64,000 nucleotides of DNA from the human T2T-CHM13v2.0 reference genome, Homo sapiens, in the NCBI RefSeq assembly GCF_009914755.1, contig NC_060944.1. The stretch is one strand, 5' to 3'. The notes under the pieces are model-generated. The model worked only from the letters and a program-made list of their open reading frames with translations. It searched no databases and was not told where the DNA came from. Position numbers and translations under genes: made by a program. Below, in pieces: positions 1 through 10,533 of this stretch (positions within the stretch are counted from its first letter, which is position 1; each line of letters opens with the position of its first letter).

Positions 1-151
1 TCTTCCCATGAAAACTAGACAGAAGCATTCTCAGAAACTTATTTGTGATGTGTGCCCTCAACTGACAGTGTTGAACCTTTGTTTTGATAGAGCAGTTCTG
101 AAACACACTTTTTGTAAAATCTGCAAGAGGATATTTGGATAGCTTTGAGGA

Positions 152-168
152 TTTCGTTGGAAACGGGA
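152..168 (+). promoter_or_regulatory. CENP-B box (d1), representative intact site TTTCGTTGGAAACGGGA
   Basis: Matches the 17-bp CENP-B box with core nTTCGnnnnAnnCGGGn. Other core-intact boxes in copy 1 are at 494, 1175, 1516, 2196 and 2534, and these recur in most HOR copies. Confidence 0.95.
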
Positions 169-831
169 ATGTCTTCATGTAAACTCTAGACAGAAGCATT
201 CTCAGAAACTGCTTTGGGATGTTTCAATTGAAGTCCCAGTGTTGAACATTCCCTTTCATAGAGCAGGTTTGAAACACTCTTTTTGTACTATCTGGAAGTG
301 GACATTTGGAGCGCTTTCAGGTCTACGGTGAAAAAGGAGATATCTTCCAATAAAAACTAGATAGAAGCAATGTCAGAACTTTTTTCATGATGTATCTACT
401 CAGCAAACAGAGTTGAACCTTTCTTTTGAGAGAGCAGTTTTGAAACACTCTTTTTGTGGAATATGCAAGTGGGTATTAGGCCAGCTTGGAGGATTTCGTT
501 GGAAACGGGAATACGTATAAAAAGCAGACAGCAGCATTGTCAGAAACTACTTTGTGATGTTTGCATTCAAGTCACAGAATTGAACACTCCCTTTCACAGA
601 GCAGGTTTGAAACACTCTTTTTGTAGTGTCTGTAAGTGAACATTTGGATTGCTTTCAGGCCTAAGGTGAAAAAGGAAATATCTTCCCATAAAAACTAGAC
701 AGAAGCATTCTCAGAAACTTGTTTGTGATGTGTGCCCTCTACTGACAGAGTTGAACCTTTCTTTGCAAAGAGCAGTTTTGAAACACTCTTTTTGTAGAAT
801 CTGCAAGAGGATATTTGGATAGCTTTGAGGA

Positions 832-848
832 TTTCTTGGGAAACGGGA
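832..848 (+). promoter_or_regulatory. Constitutively degenerate CENP-B box (d3) TTTCTTGGGAAACGGGA
   Basis: TTCG is changed to TTCT in every d3 copy in the window (e.g. 832, 3552, 6271, 11365, 16457, 16799, 30053, 37184, 37526). Confidence 0.9.
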
Positions 849-3800
849 ATGTCTTCAGATAAACTCTAGACAGAAGCATTCTCAGAAACTTCTTTGGGAT
901 GTTTCAATTGAAGTCACAGTGTTGAACATTCCCTTTCACAGAGCAGGTTTGAAACACTCTTTTTGTAGTGTCTATAAGTGAACATTTGGCGTGATTTCAG
1001 GCCTAACGTGAAAAAGGAAATATCTTCCCATAAAAACTAGACAGAAGCATTCTCAGAAACTTGTTCGTGATGTGTGCCCTCTAACTGACAGAGTGGAACC
1101 TTTCTTTGCAAAGAGCAGCTTTGAAACACTCTTTTTGTAGAATCTGCAAGAGGATATTTGGATAGCTTTGAGGATTTCGTTGGAAACGGGTATGTCTTCA
1201 GATAAACTCTAGACAGAAGCATTCTCAGAAACTTCTTTGGGATGTTGCATTCAAGTCACAGAGTAGAACATTCACATTCATAGAGCAGATTTGAAACACT
1301 CTTTTTGTAGTATCTGGAAGTGGACATTTGGAACGCTTTCAGGCCTATGTTGAAAAAGGAAATATCTTCCCATAAAAACTAGACGGAAGCATTCTCAGAA
1401 ACTTACTTGTGATGTGTTTGCTCAACTAACAGAATTGAACCATCGTTTTGAAGGAGCAGTTTTGAAACACTGTTTTCGTGGAATCTGCAAGTGGATATTT
1501 GGCTAGCTTTGAGGATTTCGTTGGAAACGGGATTACATATAAAAAGGAGACAGCAGCATTCTCAGAAACTTCTTTGTGATGTCTGCATTCAAGTCACAGA
1601 GTTGAGCATTCCCTTTCATAGAGCAGGTTGGAAACACTCTTTTTGTAGTATCTGGATGAGGACATTTGGAGCGCTTTCAGGCGTATGGTGAAAAAGGAAA
1701 TATCTTCCCGTAAAAACTAGACAGAAGCATTCTCAGAAATTTATTTGTGATGTGTGCCTTCAACTAACAGAGTTGAACCTTTCTTTTGATAGAGCAGTTT
1801 TGAAACACTCTTTTTGTAAAATCTGCAAGAGGATATTTGGATAGCTTTGAGGATTTCATTGCAAACGGGAATGGCTTCATATAAACTCTAGACAGAAGCA
1901 TTCTCAGAAACTTCGTTGGGATGTTTCGATTGAAGTCCCAGTGTTGAACATTCCCTTTTATAGAGCAGGTTGGAAACACTCTTTCTGCATTCCCTGGAAG
2001 AGGACATTTGGAGCGCTTTCAGGACGACGGTGAAAATGGAAATATCTTCCAATAAAATCTAGATAGAAGCAACGTCAGAAACTTTTATGTGATGGATCTA
2101 CTCAGCTAACAGAGTTGAACCTTTCTTTTGAGAGAGCAGTTTTGCAACACTCTTTTTGTGGAATATGCAAGTGGATATTAGGGCAGCTTTGAGGATTTCG
2201 TTGGAAACGGGAATACATGTAAAAAGCAGACAGCAGCATTCTCAGAGAATTCTTTGTGATGTTTGCATTGAAGTCACAGAGTTGAACATTCCCTTTGAGA
2301 GAGCAGGTTTGAAACACGCCTTTTGTCATATCTGGAAGTGTCCATTCGGAGCGCATTCAGGCTTGTGTTGAAAAAGGAAATATCCTCCCATAAAAACTAT
2401 ACAGAAGCATTCTCAGAAACTTATTTGTGATGTATGTACTCAACTAACAGAACTAAACCATCGTTTTGAAGGAGCAGTTTTGAAACACTCTTTTTGCGGA
2501 ATCTGCAAGTGGATATTTGGCTAGCTGGGACGATTTCGTTGGAAACGGGATTACATACAAAAAGCAGAGAGCAGCATTCTCAGAAACTTCTTTGTGATGT
2601 TTGCATTCAAGTCACAGAGTTGAACATTCCCTTTCATAGAGCAGGTTTGAAACACTCTTTTTGTAGTATCTGGATGTGGACATTTGGATCGCTTTCAGGT
2701 CTTTGGTGAAAAAGGAAATATCTTCCCATGAAAACTAGACAGAAGCATTCTCAGAAACTTATTTGTGATGTGTGCCCTCAACTGACAGTGTTGAACCTTT
2801 GTTTTGATAGAGCAGTTCTGAAACACACTTTTTGTAAAATCTGCAAGAGGATATTTGGATAGCTTTGAGGATTTCGTTGGAAACGGGAATGTCTTCATGT
2901 AAACTCTAGACAGAAGCATTCTCAGAAACTGCTTTGGGATGTTTCAATTGAAGTCCCAGTGTTGAACATTCCCTTTCATAGAGCAGGTTTGAAACACTCT
3001 TTTTGTACTATCTGGAAGTGGACATTTGGAGCGCTTTCAGGTCTACGGTGAAAAAGGAGATATTTTCCAATAAAAACTAGATAGAAGCAATGTCAGAACT
3101 TTTTTCATGATGTATCTACTCAGCAAACAGAGTTGAACCTTTCTTTTGAGAGAGCAGTTTTGAAACACTCTTTTTGTGGAATATGCAAGTGGGTATTAGG
3201 CCAGCTTGGAGGATTTCGTTGGAAACGGGAATACGTATAAAAAGCAGACAGCAGCATTGTCAGAAACTACTTTGTGATGTTTGCATTCAAGTCACAGAAT
3301 TGAACACTCCCTTTCACAGAGCAGGTTTGAAACACTCTTTTTGTAGTGTCTGTAAGTGAACATTTGGATTGCTTTCAGGCCTAAGGTGAAAAAGGAAATA
3401 TCTTCCCATAAAAACTAGACAGAAGCATTCTCAGAAACTTGTTTGTGATGTGTGCCCTCTACTGACAGAGTTGAACCTTTCTTTGCAAAGAGCAGTTTTG
3501 AAACACTCTTTTTGTAGAATCTGCAAGAGGATATTTGGATAGCTTTGAGGATTTCTTGGGAAACGGGAATGTCTTCAGATAAACTCTAGACAGAAGCATT
3601 CTCAGAAACTTCTTTGGGATGTTTCAATTGAAGTCACAGTGTTGAACATTCCCTTTCACAGAGCAGGTTTGAAACACTCTTTTTGTAGTGTCTATAAGTG
3701 AACATTTGGCGTGCTTTCAGGCCTAACGTGAAAAAGGAAATATCTTCCCATAAAAACTAGACAGAAGCATTCTCAGAAACTTGTTTGTGATGTGTGCCCT

Positions 3801-5419
3801 CTACTGACAGAGATGAACCTTTCTTTGCAAAGAGCAGCTTTGGAACACTCTTTTTGTAGAATCTGCAAGAGGATATTTGGATAGCTTTGAGGATTTCGTT
3901 GGAAACTGGAATGTCTTCAGATAAACTCTAGACAGAAGCATTCTCAGAAACTTCTTTGGGATGTTGCATTCAAGTCACAGAGTAGAACATTCCCATTCAT
4001 AGAGCCGATTTGAAACACTCTTTTTGTAGTATCTGGAAGTGGACATTTGGAGCGTTTTCAGGCCTATGTTGAAAAGGGAAATATCTTCCCATAAAAACTA
4101 GACGGAAGCATTCTCAGAAACTTACTTGTGATGTGTTTGCTCAACTAACAGAATTGAACCATCGTTTTGAAGGAGCAGTTCTGAAACACTGTTTTCGTGG
4201 TATCTGCAAGTGGATATTTGGCTAGCTTTGAGGATTTCGTTGGAAACGGGATTACATATAAAAAGGAGACAGCAGCATTCTCAGAAACTTCTTTGTGATG
4301 TCTGCATTCAAGTCACAGAGTTGAGCATTCCCTTTCATAGAGCAGGTTGGAAACACTCTTTTTGTAGTATCTGGATGAGGACATTTGGAGCGCTTTCAGG
4401 CCTATGGTGAAAAAGGAAATATCTTCCCGTAAAAACTAGACAGAAGCATTCTCAGAAATTTATTTGTGATGTGTGCCCTCAACTAACAGAGTTGAACCTT
4501 TCTTTTGATAGAGCAGTTTTGAAACACTCTTTTTGTAAAATCTGCAAGAGGATATTTGGATAGCTTTGAGGATTTCGTTGCAAACGGGAATGGCTTCATA
4601 TAAAGTCTAGACAGAAGCATTCTCAGAAACTTCGTTGGGATGTTTCGATTGAAGTCCCAGTGTTGAACATTCCCTTTTATAGAGCAGGTTGGAAACACTC
4701 TTTTTGCATTCCCTGGAAGTGGACATTTGGAGCGCTTTCAGGACGAGGGTGAAAATGGAAATATCTTCCAATAAAATCTAGATAGAAGCAACGTCAGAAA
4801 CTTTTATGTGATGGATCTACTCAGCTAACAGAGTTGAACCTTTCTTTTGAGAGAGCAGTTTTGCAACACTCTTTTTGTGGAATATGCAAGTGGATATTAG
4901 GGCAGCTTTGAGGATTTCGTTGGAAACGGGAATACATGTAAAAAGCAGACAGCAGCATTCTCAGAGAATTCTTTGTGATGTTTGCATTGAAGTCACAGAG
5001 TTGAACATTCCCTTTGAGAGAGCAGGTTTGAAACACGCCTTTTGTCATATCTGGAAGTGTCCATTCGGAGCGCATTCAGGCTTGTGTTGAAAAAGGAAAT
5101 ATCCTCCCATAAAAACTAGACAGAAGCATTCTCAGAGACTTATCTGTGATGTATGTACTCAACTAACAAAACTAAACCATCGTTTTGAAGGAGCAGTTTT
5201 GAAACACTCTTTTTGCGGAATCTGCAAGTGGATATTTGGCTAGCTGGGACGATTTCGTTGGAAACGGGATTACATACAAAAAGCAGACAGCAGCATTCTC
5301 AGAAACTTCTTTGTGATGTTTGCATTCAAGTCACAGAGTTGAACATTCCCTTTCATAGAGCAGGTTTGAAACACTCTTTTTGTAGTATCTGGATGTGGAC
5401 ATTTGGATCGCTTTCAGGC

Positions 5420-5436
5420 CTATGGTGAAAAAGGAA
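5420..5436 (+). promoter_or_regulatory. pJ-alpha (A-box) motif of A-type monomers, representative CTATGGTGAAAAAGGAA
   Basis: Occupies the position equivalent to the CENP-B box in alternate monomers. Monomer-specific variants (CTACGGTG, CTAAGGTG, CTAACGTG, CTATGTTG) recur in each HOR. Confidence 0.8.
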
Positions 5437-5439
5437 ATA

Positions 5440-7815
5440 TCTTCCCATGAAAACTAGACAGAAGCATTCTCAGAAACTTATTTGTGATGTGTGCCCTCAA
5501 CTGACAGTGTTGAACCTTTGTTTTGATAGAGCAGTTCTGAAACACACTTTTTGTAAAATCTGCAAGAGGATATTTGGATAGCTTTGAGGATTTCGTTGGA
5601 AACGGGAATGTCTTCATGTAAACTCTAGACAGAAGCATTCTCAGAAACTGCTTTGGGATGTTTCAATTGAAGTCCCAGTGTTGAACATTCCCTTTCATAG
5701 AGCAGGTTTGAAACACTCTTTTTGTACTATCTGGAAGTGGACATTTGGAGCGCTTTCAGGTCTACGGTGAAAAAGGAGATATCTTCCAATAAAAACTAGA
5801 TAGAAGCAATGTCAGAACTTTTTTCATGATGTATCTACTCAGCAAACAGAGTTGAACCTTTCTTTTGAGAGAGCAGTTTTGAAACACTCTTTTTGTGGAA
5901 TATGCAAGTGGGTATTAGGCCAGCTTGGAGGATTTCGTTGGAAACGGGAATACGTATAAAAAGCAGACAGCAGCATTGTCAGAAACTACTTTGTGATGTT
6001 TGCATTCAAGTCACAGAATTGAACACTCCCTTTCACAGAGCAGGTTTGAAACACTCTTTTTGTAGTGTCTATAAGTGAACATTTGGCGTGCTTTCAGGCC
6101 TAACGTGAAAAAGGAAATATCTTCCCATAAAAACTAGACAGAAGCATTCTCAGAAACTTGTTTGTGATGTGTGCCCTCTACTGACAGAGTTGAACCTTTC
6201 TTTGCAAAGAGCAGGTTTGAAACACTCTTTTTGTAGAATCTGCAAGAGGATATTTGGATAGCTTGGAGGATTTCTTGGGAAACGGGAATGTCTTCAGATA
6301 AACTCTAGACAGAAGCATTCTCAGAAACTTCTTTGGGATGTTGCATTCAAGTCACAGAGTAGAACATTCCCATTCATAGAGCAGATTTCAAACCCTCTTT
6401 TTGTAGTATCTGGAAGTGGACATTTGGAGCGCTTTCAGGCCTATGTTGAAAAAGGAAATATCTTCCCATAAAAGCTAGACGGAAGCATTCTCAGAAACTT
6501 ACTTGGGATGTGTTTGCTCAACTAACAGAATTGAACCATCGTTTTGAAGGAGCAGTTTGAAACACTGTTTTCGTTGAATCTGCAAGTGGATATTTGGCTA
6601 GCTTTGAGGATTTCGTTGGAAACGGGATTACATATAAAAAGGAGACAGCAGCATTCTCAGAAACTTCTTTGTGATGTCTGCATTCAAGTCACAGAGTTGA
6701 GCATTCCCTTTCATAGAGCAGGTTGGAAACACTCTTTTTGTAGTATCTGGATGAGGACATTTGGAGCGCTTTCAGGCCTATGGTGAAAAAGGAAATATCT
6801 TCCCGTAAAAACTAGACAGAAGCATTCCCAGAAATTTATTTGTGATGTGTGCCCTCAACTAACAGAGTTGAACCTTTCTTTTGATAGAGCAGTTTTGAAA
6901 CACTCTTTTTGTAAAATCTGCAAGAGGATATTTGGATAGCTTTGAGGATTTCGTTGCAAACGGGAATGGCTTCATATAAACTCTAGACGGAAGCATTCTC
7001 AGAAACTTCGTTGGGATGTTTCGATTGAAGTCCCAGTGTTGAACATTCCCTTTTATAGAGCAGGTTGGAAACACTCTTTCTGCATTCCCTGGAAGTGGAC
7101 ATTTGGAGCGCTTTCAGGACGACGGTGAAAATGGAAATATCTTCCAATAAAATCTAGATAGAAGCAATGTAAGAAACTTTTCTGTGATGGATCTACACAG
7201 CTACCAGAGTTGAACCTTTCTTTTGAGAGAGCAGTTTTGCAACACTCTTTTTGTGGAATATGCAAGTGGATACTAGGGCAGCTTTGAGGATTTCGTTGGA
7301 AACGGGAATACATGTAAAAAGCAGACAGCAGCATTCTCAGAAACTTCTTTGTGATATTTGCATTGAAGTCATAGAGTTGAACATTCCCTTTGAGAGAGCA
7401 GGTTTGAAACACGCCTTTTGTCATATCTGGAAGTGTCCATTCGGAGCGCATTCAGGCTTGTGTTGAAAAAGGAAATATCCTCCCATAAAAACTAGACAGA
7501 AGCATTCTCAGAAACTTATTTGTGATGTATGTACTCAACTAACAGAACTAAACCATCGTTTTGAAGGAGCAGTTTTAAAACACTCTTTTTGCGGAATCTG
7601 CAAGTGGATATTTGGCTAGCTTGGAGGATTGCGTTGGAAACGGGATTACATACAAAAAGCAGACAGCAGCATTCTCAGAAACTTCTTTGTGATGTTTGCA
7701 TTCAAGTCACAGAGTTGAACATTCCCTTTCATAGAGCAGGTTTGAAACACTCTTTTTGTAGTATCTGGATGTGGACATTTGGAGCGCTTTCAGGCCTATG
7801 ATGAAAAAGGAAATA
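5440..7815 (+). repeat. HOR copy 3, 14-mer variant (2,376 bp)
   Basis: Only one GTCTTCAGATAAACTCTAG dimer between d2 and d5; about 342 bp shorter than canonical. Confidence 0.93.
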
Positions 7816-10533
7816 TCTTCCCTTGAAAACTAGACAGAAGCATTCTCAGAAACTTATTTGTGATGTGTGCCCTCAACTGACAGTGTTGAACCTTTGTTTT
7901 GATAGAGCAGTTCTGAAACACACTTTTTGTAAAATCTGCAAGAGGATATTTGGATAGCTTTGAGGATTTCGTTGGAAACGGGAAGGTCTTCATGTAAACT
8001 CTAGACAGAAGCATTCTCAGAAACTGCTTTGGGATGTTTCAATTGAAGTCCCAGTGTTGAACATTCCCTTTCATAGTGCAGGTTTGAAACACTCTTTTTG
8101 TAGTATCTGGAAGTGGACATTTGGAGCGCTTTCAGGTCTACGGTGAAAAAGGAGATATCTTCCAATAAAAACTAGATAGAAGCAATGTCACAACTTTTTT
8201 CATGATGTATCTACTCAGCAAACACAGTTGAACCTTTCTTTTGAGAGAGCAGTTTTGAAACACTCTTTTTGTGGAATATGCAAGTGGGTATTAGGCCAGC
8301 TTGGAGGATTTCGTTGGAAACGGGAATACGTATAAAAAGCAGACAGCAGCATTGTCAGAAACTCCTTTGTGATGTTTGCATTCAAGTCACAGAATTGAAC
8401 ACTCCCTTTCACAGAGCAGGTTTGAAACACTCTTTTTGTAGTGTCTGTAAGTGAACATTTGGATTGCTTTCAGGCCTAAGGTGAAAAAGGAAATATCTTC
8501 CCATAAAAACTAGACAGAAGCATTCTCAGAAACTTGTTTGTGATGTGTGCCCTCTACTGACAGAGTTGAACCTTTCTTTGCAAAGAGCAGTTTTGAAACA
8601 CTCTTTTTGTAGAATCTGCAAGAGGATATTTGGATAGCTTTGAGGATTTCTTGGGAAACGGGAATGTCTTCAGATAAACTCTAGACAGAAGCATTCTCAG
8701 AAACTTCTTTGGGATGTTTCAATTGAAGTCACAGTGTTGAACATTCCCTTTCACAGAGCAGGTTTGAAACACTCTTTTTGTAGTGTCTATAAGTGAACAT
8801 TTGGCGTGCTTTCAGGCCTAACGTGAAAAAGGAAATATCTTCCCATAAAAACTAGACAGAAGCATTCTCAGAAACTTGTTTGTGATATGTGCCCTCTACT
8901 GACAGAGTTGAACCTTTCTTTGCAAAGAGCAGCTTTGAAACACTCTTTTTGTAGAATCTGCAAGAGGATATTTGGATAGCTTTGAGGATTTCGTTGGAAA
9001 CGGGTATGTCTTCAGATAAACTCTAGACAGAAGCATTCTCAGAAACTTCTTTGGGATGTTGCATTCAAGTCACAGAGTAGAACATTCCCATTCATAGAGC
9101 AGATTTGAAACACTCTTTTTGTAGTATCTGGAAGTGGACATTTGGAGCGCTTTCAGGCCTATGTTGAAAAAGGAAATATCTTCCCATAAAAATTAGACGG
9201 AAGCATTCTCAGAAACTTACTTGTGATGTGTTTCCTCAACTAACAGAATTGAACCATCGTTTTGAAGGAGCAGTTTTGAAACACTGTTTTCGTGGAATCT
9301 GCAAGTGGATATTTGGCTAGCTTTGAGGATTTCGTTGGAAACGGGATTACATATAAAAAGGAGACAGCAGCATTCTCAGAAACTTCTTTGTGATGTCTGC
9401 ATTCAAGTCACAGAGTTGAGCATTCCCTTTCATAGAGCAGGTTGGAAACACTCTTTTTGTAGTATCTGGATGAGGACATTTGGAGCGCTTTCAGGCGTAT
9501 GGTGAAAAAGGAAATATCTTCCCGTAAAAACTAGACAGAAGCATTCTCAGAAATTTATTTGTGATGTGTGCCCTCAACTAACAGAGTTGAACCTTTCTTT
9601 TGATAGAGCAGTTTTGAAACACTCTTTTTGTAAAATCTGCAAGAGGATATTTGGATAGCTTTGAGGATTTCGTTGCAAACGGGAATGGCTTCATATAAAC
9701 TCTAGACAGAAGCATTCTCAGAAACTTCGTTGGGATGTTTCGATTGAAGTCCCAGTGTTGAACATTCCCTTTTATAGAGCAGGTTGGAAACACTCTTTCT
9801 GCATTCCCTGGAAGTGGACTTTGGAGCGCTTTCAGGACGACGGTGAAAATGGAAATATCTTCCAATAAAATCTAGATAGAAGCAATGTAAGAAACTTTTC
9901 TGTGATGGATCTACTCAGCTACCAGAGTTGAACCTTTCTTTTGAGAGAGCAGTTTTGCAACACTCTTTTTGTGGAATATGCAAGTGGATATTAGGGCAGC
10001 TTTGAGGATTTCGTTGGAAACGGGAATACATGTAAAAAGCAGACAGCAGCATTCTCAGAAACTTCTTTGTGATATTTGCATTGAAGTCATAGAGTTGAAC
10101 ATTCCCTTTGAGAGAGCAGGTTTGAAACACGCCTTTTGTCATATCTGGAAGTGTCCATTCGGAGCGCATTCAGGCTTGTGTTGAAAAAGGAAATATCCTC
10201 CCATAAAAACTAGACAGAAGCATTCTCAGAAACTTATTTGTGATGTATGTACTCAACTAACAGAACTAAACCATCGTTTTGAAGGAGCAGTTTTAAAACA
10301 CTCTTTTTGCGGAATCTGCAAGTGGATATTTGGCTAGCTTGGAGGATTGCGTTGGAAACGGGATTACATACAAAAAGCAGACAGCAGCATTCTCAGAAAC
10401 TTCTTTGTGATGTTTGCATTCAAGTCTCAGAGTTGAACATTCCCTTTCATAGAGCAGGTTTGATACATTCTTTTTGTAGTATCTGGATGTGGACATTTGG
10501 AGCGCTTTCAGGCCTATGATGAAAAAGGAAATA
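7816..10533 (+). repeat. HOR copy 4, canonical 16-mer (2,718 bp)
   Basis: Anchor variant TCTTCCCTTGAAAAC at 7816 and 10534; d1-d8 present. Confidence 0.93.

Larger units (their letters stand above)
1..5439 (+). repeat. HOR copies 1-2, canonical 16-mers (2,720 and 2,719 bp)
   Basis: Anchor TCTTCCCATGAAAACTAGAC at 1, 2721 and 5440; all eight dimers d1-d8 present in order. Confidence 0.95.

Noticed and set aside
223-232. Short palindrome TTCAATTGAA, plus AATAAA and TATAAA motifs recurring in monomers
   Set aside because: These are too short and are expected in AT-rich satellite. The sequence alone gives no support for cruciform, polyadenylation or promoter function.
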